Source: Fibrobacter succinogenes subsp. succinogenes S85 (lineage in GTDB: Bacteria > Fibrobacterota > Fibrobacteria > Fibrobacterales > Fibrobacteraceae). From it: a DNA stretch of 32,000 nt. Made by a program: the position numbers and the translations under genes. Location: positions 600,001-632,000 of the forward strand of contig NC_017448.1 of assembly GCF_000146505.1 (NCBI RefSeq), given 5' to 3'. Below, piece after piece: positions 16,093 to 24,942 of the stretch; position 1 is the first letter of the stretch; each line of letters starts with the position of its first letter. Below the pieces are notes generated by a model that had not been told where the DNA came from, did no database searches, and saw only the letters and a list, made by a program, of their open reading frames with translations.

Positions 16093-17856
16093 ATGAACAT
16101 CGAAAAAATCAAGACAGACTTGCTGATTATTGGTGGCGGGACCGCTGGCTGTTATGCAGCCATTACCGCAAGTACTTTAGGTGCAGCGAAAGATGTCGCA
16201 GACATCAAGATATTGGTTGTCGAAAAAGCGAACATCAAGCGGAGCGGTTGCCTCGCTGCTGGCGTAAACGCGCTGAACGCCTACATTACCGAAGGCCGTA
16301 CGCCCAAGGATTATGTGGAGTACGCCAAGAAAGACGCCGACGGAATCGTTCGCGAAGACTTGCTGTACAGTATTTCCGAGAAGTTCAACGAGGTCACGGC
16401 GCACTTGGAAAAGTTGGGCCTTGTCATCTTGAAGGACAAGGATGGAAAGTATGTGACCCGTGGGAATCGTAATATCAAAATCAACGGCGAGAACATAAAG
16501 CCAATTTTGGCGGCGGCTGTCGCAAAGGCACCGAATGTTCAGGTGCTGAACCACGTGAACATTTTCGATTTTTCCGTTCACGACAACAGGATTGACGGAG
16601 CTTTCGGTTTCGGAATCGAGAACGATACTTTCTATGCCATCGAGGCGCGTGCTGTGATTATCGCGACGGGCGGTGCAGCCGGGCTTTATCGCCCGAACAA
16701 TCCGGGATTTTCCCGCCATAAAATGTGGTACCCGCCGTTCAACACGGGTGCAGGCTACGCCATGGGAATCCGTCACGGTGCCGAGATGACGACTTTCGAG
16801 ATGCGCTTTATTGCGCTGCGCTGCAAGGATACGATTGCCCCGACGGGCACGCTTGCGCAGGGCGTGGGTGCAAAGCAGATAAATTCGCTTGGTGAAGTTT
16901 ACGAGACAAAGTACGGCATTTCAACTTCGGAACGCGTGTACGGAACAGTGGCAGAAAACCTGGAAGGCCGCGGGCCGTGCTATTTGCGCACCGTCGGGAT
17001 TACGCCCGCACAGGAAGACTCGCTTTTAAAGGCGTACCTGAACATGGCTCCTTCGCAAACAATTCGCTGGCTTGAAAACGAAACGCCCTCCAAAGCAAAT
17101 GTCGAAATTGAAGGTACTGAACCTTACATCGTGGGCGGCCACACCGCAAGCGGTTACTGGGTCGATACCAAGCGTGCAACGACAATTGACGGGCTTTACG
17201 CTGCAGGCGATGTTGCCGGTGGAGCCCCGCAAAAATACGTGACGGGCGCGCTTGCCGAAGGCGAGATTGCGGCGAAGTCGGCGGTGGAATATATCAATGC
17301 GGTAGATTGCCGCACCCCCTTACAGGGGGTTCGCAATGACGTAGATGCAGATCCTCGCGAAGACGTAGACGCCAAAGCAACCATCAAGGAAGCAGAAATC
17401 GCCCGACATGTCGCAGAAATCGAAACATATTTATCGCAGAAAAACTCGCTGTACACTACAGAACAACTTGAAGAAGCCATGCAAATAGCCATGGACGAAT
17501 ATGCAGGCGGAATCAAGACGGGCTATGGCTACAGCGAAAAGCATCTCAATATCGCCAAAGAAAAAATTGACGAAATTGAAAGCCTTACAGACAAGCTTAG
17601 CGCAGCCGATTTGCAAGAAGTGATGTACATCTACGAACTCAAGGAACGTCTAACAGTTTGCAAGAGCGTGATAGCCCACCTCAAGGCACGTCACGAAACG
17701 CGTTGGCACAGTTTTGCAGAAAACCTAGACTACCCCGAAAAGGACAACGCAAACTTCCGCAAGTACGTCAATTCAAGACTCGAAAACGGCGAAATCAAAA
17801 TCATCTTGCGCGACCTCACCGCAGAAGGGCAAAAGAACTATGAGCATCAGCATTGA
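16093..17856 (+). CDS. aprA: Adenylylsulfate (APS) reductase alpha subunit-like flavoprotein
   Basis: The start is moved to ATG 16093 (MNIEKIKTDLLIIGGGTAGC, an FAD-binding GxGxxG at the N-terminus). IIATGGAAGLYRP, MWYPPFNTGAGYAMG, EPYIVGGHTASGYWVD and GLYAAGDVAGG fit the AprA / fumarate-reductase flavoprotein superfamily. It is paired with a small ferredoxin. Confidence 0.7.
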   Translation: MNIEKIKTDLLIIGGGTAGCYAAITASTLGAAKDVADIKILVVEKANIKRSGCLAAGVNALNAYITEGRTPKDYVEYAKKDADGIVREDLLYSISEKFNEVTAHLEKLGLVILKDKDGKYVTRGNRNIKINGENIKPILAAAVAKAPNVQVLNHVNIFDFSVHDNRIDGAFGFGIENDTFYAIEARAVIIATGGAAGLYRPNNPGFSRHKMWYPPFNTGAGYAMGIRHGAEMTTFEMRFIALRCKDTIAPTGTLAQGVGAKQINSLGEVYETKYGISTSERVYGTVAENLEGRGPCYLRTVGITPAQEDSLLKAYLNMAPSQTIRWLENETPSKANVEIEGTEPYIVGGHTASGYWVDTKRATTIDGLYAAGDVAGGAPQKYVTGALAEGEIAAKSAVEYINAVDCRTPLQGVRNDVDADPREDVDAKATIKEAEIARHVAEIETYLSQKNSLYTTEQLEEAMQIAMDEYAGGIKTGYGYSEKHLNIAKEKIDEIESLTDKLSAADLQEVMYIYELKERLTVCKSVIAHLKARHETRWHSFAENLDYPEKDNANFRKYVNSRLENGEIKIILRDLTAEGQKNYEHQH

Positions 17857-18154
17857 TCAAAGCAAATGTATCGGCTGCAGGAGATGCCACGACGTATGCC
17901 CCGGCACGCTAATCAAGATAAATGAAGACAAAAAAGCATTTATCAAATACCCCAAAGATTGCTGGGGTTGCACATCGTGCATCAAGGAATGCCCTGTTCA
18001 CGCCATCCAATTTTTCCTCGGTGAAGACATTGGCGGCAAGGGAAGCAAGGTACATACCGAAAAAGTAAACGGTCTAATTCGCTGGATTGTGGAATTCCCT
18101 GACGGGAACGTCAAATCCATTGACATTGACCCTAAAGAATCAAATAAATACTAG
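17840..18154 (+). CDS. aprB: APS reductase beta subunit-like 2x[4Fe-4S] ferredoxin
   Basis: 104 aa, overlapping the end of aprA by 17 nt. Cys clusters are [12 protein letters not shown] and [12 protein letters not shown]. Confidence 0.65.
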   Translation: MSISIDQSKCIGCRRCHDVCPGTLIKINEDKKAFIKYPKDCWGCTSCIKECPVHAIQFFLGEDIGGKGSKVHTEKVNGLIRWIVEFPDGNVKSIDIDPKESNKY

Positions 18155-18164
18155 GAGTTTCACA

Positions 18165-19064
18165 GTGAGCGAATTTTCACACCTCGACGAGCTGGAAGCC
18201 GAAGCCATTTACATCATCCGCGAAGTCGCCGCTGAATGCGAAAAGCCGGTGATGCTTTATTCCATTGGCAAGGACAGTTCTGTCATGCTGCATTTAGCCA
18301 TCAAGGCATTCTACCCCGAAAAGCCTCCTTTCCCGTTTTTGCACGTCAATACGACCTGGAAATTTCGCGAAATGATTGAATTTCGCGACCGCACGGCGCA
18401 AAAGCTCGGCATCGAGATGCTGGAATACATCAACCAGGACGGCGTCAAGCAGGGAATCAACCCGTTTGACCACGGCGCAGCATACACCGACATCATGAAG
18501 ACGCAGGCCTTGAAACAGGCCTTGAACAAGTACGGCTTCACTGCGGCATTTGGTGGCGGCAGGCGCGACGAAGAAAAGTCCCGCGCGAAGGAGAGAATTT
18601 TCTCGTTCCGCAATTCCGCGCACGCCTGGGACCCGAAAAACCAGCGCCCGGAAATGTGGAAGCTTTACAACACGAAAATAAACAAGGGCGAAAGCATCCG
18701 CGTTTTCCCGATTTCGAACTGGACCGAAAAAGATATTTGGCAGTACATCAAGCGCGAAAACATCGACATCGTTCCGCTTTACTTTGCAGCCCCGCGCCCA
18801 GTCGTAGTACGCGATGGCAACATCATCATGGTCGATGACGAACGATTCCCTTTGCGTGAAGGCGAAAAGCCCGAAATCAAGTCGGTGCGCTTCCGCACGC
18901 TCGGTTGCTACCCGCTTACAGGCGGCATAGAATCAACAGCTACAACGCTTGACGAAATCATTGACGAAACTTTGAGCGCCGTATCTTCGGAAAGAACATC
19001 GCGCGTGATTGACAACGAAGCCGCCGGCAGCATGGAACGCCGCAAGAGGGAGGGCTATTTCTAA
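18165..19064 (+). CDS. cysD: Sulfate adenylyltransferase subunit 2
   Basis: The start is moved to GTG 18165 (TAGGAG 8 nt upstream), after the aprB stop. [38 protein letters not shown] is near-collinear with E. coli CysD as I remember it. Confidence 0.9.
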   Translation: MSEFSHLDELEAEAIYIIREVAAECEKPVMLYSIGKDSSVMLHLAIKAFYPEKPPFPFLHVNTTWKFREMIEFRDRTAQKLGIEMLEYINQDGVKQGINPFDHGAAYTDIMKTQALKQALNKYGFTAAFGGGRRDEEKSRAKERIFSFRNSAHAWDPKNQRPEMWKLYNTKINKGESIRVFPISNWTEKDIWQYIKRENIDIVPLYFAAPRPVVVRDGNIIMVDDERFPLREGEKPEIKSVRFRTLGCYPLTGGIESTATTLDEIIDETLSAVSSERTSRVIDNEAAGSMERRKREGYF

Positions 19065-20749
19065 TGAAAGGTTTATTGAAGTTTATTACTTGCGGTAGCG
19101 TTGACGACGGAAAATCAACCCTTATCGGTCATATTCTTTACGATTCCAAATTGCTTTACACCGATCAGGAAAAGGCTCTGGAATTAGACAGTAAAGTTGG
19201 TAGCCGCAGCGGTAAAATCGACTATTCACTTTTGCTCGACGGTCTCATGGCTGAACGCGAACAAGGCATTACCATAGATGTCGCGTACCGCTATTTTACA
19301 ACGGACCATCGCAGTTTTATTGTTGCCGATACACCGGGGCATGAAGAATACACCCGCAACATGGCGGTGGGCGCCTCGTTTGCGGACCTCGCCGTGATTC
19401 TCGTAGATGCATCGCAAGGCGTTCTCGTACAGACGCGTAGACACGCCCGCATTTGCAGGCTGATGGGTATTCGCCACTTTGTCTTTGCCGTGAACAAGAT
19501 GGATCTTGTGGGCTACAGCGAAGATGTATTCAACAAAATCAAGGTACAAATCGCAGAACTTGCACAGACTCATTCCCTGAGCAACATACAAGTTATTCCG
19601 CTCTCGGCAACGGAAGGCGACAACGTTACCATCAAATCGAAAAACATTGCATGGTATCAAGGTCCTGCATTACTTGAATACCTTGAAAATGTCGATACTT
19701 CAAGCTCTGCACTAGAAAAGGGATTTTACATGCCCGTGCAGCGCGTGAGCCGCCCCGACCGTACATTCCGCGGATTCCAAGGACAAATTGAATCAGGAAC
19801 GATTCGCGTCGGAGACGTCATCAAATCCCTCCCGAGTTACGAGAAAGCATCCGTCAAAAGCATTCTCTACACAAATAGGAATGTCGAAGAAGCCCACGCT
19901 GGCGAACCGGTCACGATTACGCTAGACCGTGAAGTTGACGTATCGAGAGGTTGCGTGCTCGCTAGAGATGCAAGCATCGGTAGCTACAAGAAAATCAAGG
20001 CGTCACTTTTGTGGATGGATGACGAGCCGCTTTCGCTAGGCAAAGACTACCTCGTCAAAATCGGGACAAAGATTATTCCTGGAACACTCACGAAAATTGA
20101 CTATGCCATTGACGTGAACACAGGCGCACACTTAGAAACAGAAAGCATTTCCAAGAACGGGATAGCCGTCTGCGAAATTGTTTTTGCCGAAGCCATTGTC
20201 GTTGATCTTTTTGAAAAGCACAAAACGCTTGGCGAGCTCATTCTCATTGACATCGTAACGCATGCAACAGCCGCTTGCGGCGTTGTTGAAGGGCTCTACG
20301 AAAAGCAACTTCAATCCAACGAAAAGGCAGCCTTTGTGCAAGGCGAGCGCCATGGCCGTGGAGAAATCTTCGAAGAATTCTTCTACGATACAGCTACACT
20401 TTCCGTAGTAAAGCAACAGCCAGTCAAGCAGCACTACACTGTAGGCGACGAAATCCCGACTGCTGGCGAAAGCTACCACTACCCCGACGATTTCGATATC
20501 ATCATCTTGCGAGACAGTATCGCCGTCAAGGTTCGTGGCAAGCGCATCGCGGAAATCACCACGGCAGAGGAATACCACTACGGAAACGTTCCCGTCATCA
20601 ATGGACGCGGCTTTGAAATCAAGGTCCATTCCGATGAAGACGTTAAGCAGCTGCTTAACGAATACGAAAAAGCAGGTATCGCAGGTCGCGAAGAATTCTT
20701 CCGCAAGTGGGCTTCATTTAATACATATCGCAAAGTCGTATTACACTAA
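19064..20749 (+). CDS. cysN: Sulfate adenylyltransferase subunit 1 (GTPase) with an uncharacterised C-terminal extension of about 150 aa
   Basis: TAATG overlap with cysD. G1 motif GSVDDGKST, then DTPGH and NKMD. The extension, from about nt 20300, has no P-loop, so this is not a CysN-CysC fusion. Confidence 0.9.
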   Translation: MKGLLKFITCGSVDDGKSTLIGHILYDSKLLYTDQEKALELDSKVGSRSGKIDYSLLLDGLMAEREQGITIDVAYRYFTTDHRSFIVADTPGHEEYTRNMAVGASFADLAVILVDASQGVLVQTRRHARICRLMGIRHFVFAVNKMDLVGYSEDVFNKIKVQIAELAQTHSLSNIQVIPLSATEGDNVTIKSKNIAWYQGPALLEYLENVDTSSSALEKGFYMPVQRVSRPDRTFRGFQGQIESGTIRVGDVIKSLPSYEKASVKSILYTNRNVEEAHAGEPVTITLDREVDVSRGCVLARDASIGSYKKIKASLLWMDDEPLSLGKDYLVKIGTKIIPGTLTKIDYAIDVNTGAHLETESISKNGIAVCEIVFAEAIVVDLFEKHKTLGELILIDIVTHATAACGVVEGLYEKQLQSNEKAAFVQGERHGRGEIFEEFFYDTATLSVVKQQPVKQHYTVGDEIPTAGESYHYPDDFDIIILRDSIAVKVRGKRIAEITTAEEYHYGNVPVINGRGFEIKVHSDEDVKQLLNEYEKAGIAGREEFFRKWASFNTYRKVVLH

Positions 20750-20774
20750 ATCACTTTTGCTTCTTCACCACCAT

Positions 20775-20808
20775 AATGCTCGGCACACCGCCGAGCATTT
20801 CTTATTTT
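20775..20808 (+). terminator. Intrinsic terminator after cysN
   Basis: AATGCTCGGC - ACACC - GCCGAGCATT (10 bp, perfect) followed by TCTTATTTT. Confidence 0.7.
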
Positions 20809-20876
20809 AAATAAAATAATCAAAAATTACAAATAAATTTTACAATAGCAAAAATCAATATCTCAGCATAAAAATT

Positions 20877-20914
20877 TAGTATTAGACAAAGTGAAAAACG
20901 CGTTCTATATTTTG
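20877..20914 (+). promoter_or_regulatory. Promoter P2 (sulfur-operon signature) for the porin-sbp unit
   Basis: TAGTATTAGACAAAGTGAAAAACGCGTTCTATATTTTG. Confidence 0.6.
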
Positions 20915-20970
20915 CCGCACAAAAAACAAAACACACAACAACAATAAAAAACAATAACAAGGAGTTACGA

Positions 20971-21990
20971 ATGAACCAGACAATATCCAAGATTTTGATT
21001 ACAACAGCACTGGTATCATCCATTTGCTCTGCTGCAGAATCTGCTAACGAAAGCACATTTAAGCTGACAGGAAATGTTCAAGCACAGGCAATCAAATCAC
21101 TTTACGACAACGATGCCGACAACACGCTCGATAATTCCTTCTTGCGTGCAAATATCGGTGCAAAGTACAACTCTGAAAATCTCAGCGCCGTAATTAACTT
21201 GCGCATTTTCAGCCCGGCTTTCGGTAACACGATTGAAGGCAAGAACTACGATAAGATTTCTGCCGATACCTACTACGCCAACTACAAGTGGGATACCGAA
21301 TACGGCAAGTTCAATGTTCAATTCGGTCGTTTCCGTACCGACTGGAGCGTCGGCGGCAATTTCGGTACTTATGTTGATGTCGCCCTCAACAAGCGTGGAT
21401 TCCTCGCCCGCGATTACCAGCACGACGCTTTCGCTTTCGGCTTTGAAAAAGGCATTTCTACATTTAACGCCTTGCTCGGCACATACGATGCAAAGTTCAA
21501 CACGGGCTACATCCGCTTCGAAGAAACGCTCAAGTTCGGTGATGCCAAGGTCAGCGCAGCTTACCGTGTAAACGCCCTTGACGTCATTCAGCACACGGCA
21601 CAACTCACCCACCGCGCCGCAGCTCGCGCAAGCTACTACTTCCAGAAGAATTTCGGCCTCTACGGTGAAGTCGCACTCATCGCAACTGGTGACGGAGAAA
21701 ACCTCAAGGCAGCTAACGCCATCAAGCCAGAATATGCACAAGACACACAATATATTCCGTTCTTCGTCGGTGTAGAAATTCCAACCGCAGGCATATTCAA
21801 CAATGTTTACGCAGAACTTGAATACGTCTCCCATCGCGACGAATTGCAGGCCGGTGCCGATGGAATCGCATGGACCGTAAGCTTCATCAAGAAAATCAAC
21901 GATTATTCTAAAATCCAGGTGAACGTCTATAGTGAAAAGAAGGCTTCTGACGTTGCTCTTGCCGCACGATTCACTGCATCGCTCAAATAA
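20971..21990 (+). CDS. Secreted beta-rich protein, putative outer-membrane porin
   Basis: 339 aa with AAGGAG upstream. Signal peptide MNQTISKILITTALVSSICSAAES. It shows an alternating aromatic/polar pattern and is Gly/Asn/Tyr/Phe-rich. The function is inferred from composition and context only. Confidence 0.5.
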   Translation: MNQTISKILITTALVSSICSAAESANESTFKLTGNVQAQAIKSLYDNDADNTLDNSFLRANIGAKYNSENLSAVINLRIFSPAFGNTIEGKNYDKISADTYYANYKWDTEYGKFNVQFGRFRTDWSVGGNFGTYVDVALNKRGFLARDYQHDAFAFGFEKGISTFNALLGTYDAKFNTGYIRFEETLKFGDAKVSAAYRVNALDVIQHTAQLTHRAAARASYYFQKNFGLYGEVALIATGDGENLKAANAIKPEYAQDTQYIPFFVGVEIPTAGIFNNVYAELEYVSHRDELQAGADGIAWTVSFIKKINDYSKIQVNVYSEKKASDVALAARFTASLK

Positions 21991-22101
21991 AACTTAGCAC
22001 ATCCCCGAGCGCCCTCAGAGCAGCATAACAGCTTCTTTGATCCATTCCGCTGAGGGCGTTTCTAAAAAAAAACAAAACATTTAAACAAAGAGGTACATAA
22101 C

Positions 22102-23121
22102 ATGAATTTCAAAAAAATTACTATAGCATCCATCGCTCTTCTCTCCATCGCTTTCACCGCCTGCTCTTCTTCGGACAGCAAGACCGAAAGCACAAAGCAA
22201 ACACTTACTAACGTGTCTTACGACCCGACGCGTGAGCTCTACGCCAACTACAACCAGGTCTTTGCTAAGCACTGGAAGGAAAAGACCGGCAAGGATGTGG
22301 AAATCACGCAGTCCCACGGCGGTTCTGGCAAGCAGGCTTTGGAAGTCGCCAACGGTCTCGAAGCAGACGTTGTAACGCTCGCCCTCGAATACGACGTGAA
22401 CGCTGTGCGCGATGCAGGCCTTATCGAAGATGGCTGGGTCAAGGAATTTCCGCTGAACAGCGCTCCTTACACCTCCACCATCGTCTTCCTCGTTCGCAAG
22501 GGTAACCCGAAGAATCTCAAGGACTGGGGCGACCTCGTCAAAGACGGCATCGGAGTCATCACGCCGAACCCGAAAACTTCTGGCGGCGCACGCTGGAACT
22601 ATCTCGCCGCTTGGGCATGGGCCGAAAAGCAGTACAACGGCGACGAAGCCAAGGTCAAGGAATTCGTGAAGAAGCTCTACAAGAACGTGCTCGTACTCGC
22701 TTCTGGCGCTCGCGGCTCTACGACGACATTCATCGAAAACGGCCAGGGCGATGTTTTGCTCGCTTGGGAAAACGAAGCATTCCTCTCGCTCAAGGACTAC
22801 CCCAACGATTACGAAATCGTCATCCCTAGCGTAAGCATCTTGGCAGAACCGTCTGTCGCAATTGTAGACAAGGTTGTTGACAAGCGCGGCACCCGCGAAC
22901 TTGCCACCGAATACCTGAACTTCCTCTACAGCGACGAAGGCCAGCACATTGCAGCTAAGAACCACTACCGTCCTTCCAACAAGGCCATTCTTGACCAGTA
23001 CAAGGAATTTGACCAAAACGTGAACCTGATTGACATCAGCTACTTCGGCGGTTGGGACAAGGCTCAAAAAACGCACTTCTCCAACGGTGGCATTTTCGAC
23101 CAGATTTACGAAAAGAAGTAA
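22102..23121 (+). CDS. sbp: Sulfate/thiosulfate ABC transporter substrate-binding lipoprotein
   Basis: Lipobox ...[54 protein letters not shown] and [18 protein letters not shown] closely parallel E. coli Sbp/CysP. Confidence 0.93.
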   Translation: MNFKKITIASIALLSIAFTACSSSDSKTESTKQTLTNVSYDPTRELYANYNQVFAKHWKEKTGKDVEITQSHGGSGKQALEVANGLEADVVTLALEYDVNAVRDAGLIEDGWVKEFPLNSAPYTSTIVFLVRKGNPKNLKDWGDLVKDGIGVITPNPKTSGGARWNYLAAWAWAEKQYNGDEAKVKEFVKKLYKNVLVLASGARGSTTTFIENGQGDVLLAWENEAFLSLKDYPNDYEIVIPSVSILAEPSVAIVDKVVDKRGTRELATEYLNFLYSDEGQHIAAKNHYRPSNKAILDQYKEFDQNVNLIDISYFGGWDKAQKTHFSNGGIFDQIYEKK

Positions 23122-23140
23122 TCTATCTCCATAGAAACAG

Positions 23141-23170
23141 TCCTCGCTCACAAACAGGCGAGGATTTTTC
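23141..23170 (+). terminator. Intrinsic terminator after sbp
   Basis: TCCTCGC - 10-nt loop - GCGAGGA followed by TTTTTC. Confidence 0.55.
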
Positions 23171-23230
23171 ATACAATCAGGCAATTACTTTATCCATTAT
23201 AAAAAAAATTAATAGCAGACGCTAGAAATA

Positions 23231-23267
23231 AAATATTGGACAAGCTGAAAAGTGCGTTCTATATTTG
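23231..23267 (+). promoter_or_regulatory. Promoter P3 (sulfur-operon signature) for cysTWA
   Basis: AAATATTGGACAAGCTGAAAAGTGCGTTCTATATTTG. The -10 ends only 11 nt before the cysT ATG. Confidence 0.6.
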
Positions 23268-23276
23268 AGCCCAATT

Positions 23277-24110
23277 ATGAAAAGAACAAATAGAAGTGTT
23301 ATACCAGGTTTCGGCCTTACTACAGGCATCACGCTCGCCATTTTGGGCGTTGTCGTGCTCATTCCGCTCGCATCGCTTGTGGTGTTTACGGCGCAAATGA
23401 GTTTTGATGAAATTATAGAGACCATTACGCGCGACCGAGTGCTCTCTAGCTTTCGTGTGAGTTTTACAACTGCATTTATCGCATCGTTCATCAATGCAGT
23501 AATGGGCATCATTCTTGCGTGGGTTCTTGTAAAATACACATTTCCACTCAAACGATTGATTGACGGAATGATCGAACTTCCATTTGCCTTGCCGACAGCT
23601 GTGGCGGGCATCGCTCTCACGGCACTCACAGCAGATACAGGCCTTGTGGGCGGATTCTTTGCAAAATTCGGCATCAAAATTGCCTTTACGCAAATCGGCA
23701 TTACGGTTGCGCTCGTGTTTATCGGCATTCCATTTGTAGTACGTGCAGTGCAGCCCGTACTCGAGAAACTGGACCCTGCATACGAAGAAGCCGCAGGCGT
23801 GCTAGGCGCATCACGGGGCCGCATTTTCTGGAAAGTGATATTCCCAGAGATCGTACCTGCCGCATTGACGGGATTCGGGCTTGCATTCGGGCGTTGCCTC
23901 GGTGAATATGGCAGCGTCGTTTTCATCGCAGGCAACAAGCCATTCGAAACAGAAATTGCACCGCTAATTATCATGTCAGAACTGCAAGAATACGATTACG
24001 CGAGTGCAACGACAATTGCGCTTGTCATGCTCGTAGCCTCGTTTGTAACGCTTTTCCTCGTGAACTTAATACAAACAAGAAATACCAAAATTCTGAAAGG
24101 AGGCGCTTAA
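23277..24110 (+). CDS. cysT: Sulfate ABC transporter permease CysT
   Basis: The start is moved to ATG 23277, because the TTG at 23265 sits in the -10 box. It is a multi-TM protein with the EAA-like loop EEAAGVLGASRGRIFWKVIFP. Confidence 0.85.
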   Translation: MKRTNRSVIPGFGLTTGITLAILGVVVLIPLASLVVFTAQMSFDEIIETITRDRVLSSFRVSFTTAFIASFINAVMGIILAWVLVKYTFPLKRLIDGMIELPFALPTAVAGIALTALTADTGLVGGFFAKFGIKIAFTQIGITVALVFIGIPFVVRAVQPVLEKLDPAYEEAAGVLGASRGRIFWKVIFPEIVPAALTGFGLAFGRCLGEYGSVVFIAGNKPFETEIAPLIIMSELQEYDYASATTIALVMLVASFVTLFLVNLIQTRNTKILKGGA

Positions 24111-24931
24111 TGTACAAAGAAACGACTTCTTCAAAGATTGTCAAATGGTCCTTGATTGGCATAAGCATCGCCTTTGTGGTGCTCATGCTTTTACTCCCCT
24201 TGATTACAGTTATCGCCGAAGCATTCAAGCAAGGATTTGACATTTATGCAAAGGCTGTTAGCGACAACTACACCATCAAAGCCATTTGGCTCACCCTCGA
24301 AGCGACTTTACTTGCGGTCATCATCAACACCGTTTTCGGCTTGAGCGCAGCATGGTCACTCACCAAGTTCCATTTCAAAGGCAAAAAAATCCTTACGACA
24401 TTGATAGACTTGCCGGTAACGGTTTCACCGATTATCGCAGGCCTTATCTTCTTGCTCACGTTCGGACGCCAAAGCCCCATTTACCCGCTATTGCAAAGTT
24501 GGGACATCAAGATAGTCTTTGCCGTACCTGGCATTGTTCTTGCAACGATTTTCGTCACATTTCCGTTCATTTCGCGTGAATTGATTCCCGTTCTGGAAGC
24601 TCGCGGAAACGATGAAGAAGAGGCCGCCGCGCTGATGGGCGCTAAAGGCTGGACCATTTTCCGCAAGATTACATTTCCGCACATCAAGTGGGCATTTCTG
24701 TACGGCGTGGTGCTCTGCGCCGCCCGTGCCATGGGTGAATTCGGCGCTGTCTCGGTCATCTCCGGGCACTTGCGCGGAAAGACGAACACCCTACCCTTGC
24801 ATGTAGAAATTCTCTTCAACGAATTCCAATACGTGCCCGCTTTTGCAGTTTCGTCAATTCTTGTGATGCTAGCCATCGCCATTTTGATTGCACGAAGCGC
24901 GATTGAATACAGAGGTCGAAAGAAAATATAA
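24110..24931 (+). CDS. cysW: Sulfate ABC transporter permease CysW
   Basis: TAATG overlap with cysT. It is a multi-TM protein with the loop EEAAALMGAKGWTIFRKITFP. Confidence 0.85.
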   Translation: MYKETTSSKIVKWSLIGISIAFVVLMLLLPLITVIAEAFKQGFDIYAKAVSDNYTIKAIWLTLEATLLAVIINTVFGLSAAWSLTKFHFKGKKILTTLIDLPVTVSPIIAGLIFLLTFGRQSPIYPLLQSWDIKIVFAVPGIVLATIFVTFPFISRELIPVLEARGNDEEEAAALMGAKGWTIFRKITFPHIKWAFLYGVVLCAARAMGEFGAVSVISGHLRGKTNTLPLHVEILFNEFQYVPAFAVSSILVMLAIAILIARSAIEYRGRKKI

Positions 24932-24942
24932 TAGGAGTTTTT

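Noticed and set aside
19064-20749. CysN-CysC (APS kinase) fusion
   Set aside because: The C-terminal 150 aa lack a P-loop (GxxGxGKS/T) and do not resemble CysC.
20819-20862. Possible third copy of the duplicated 42-nt element upstream of promoter P2 (ATCAAAAATTACAAATAAATTTTACAATAGC...)
   Set aside because: Only loose compositional similarity in AT-rich DNA. The 20-nt identical core is absent.
22081-23184. 367-aa minus-strand ORF opposite sbp (and similar ones at 15351-16073, 21097-21834, 23222-23974, 24481-24882)
   Set aside because: These are shadow ORFs antisense to strongly supported cys/sbp genes. None has an SD or any family motif.
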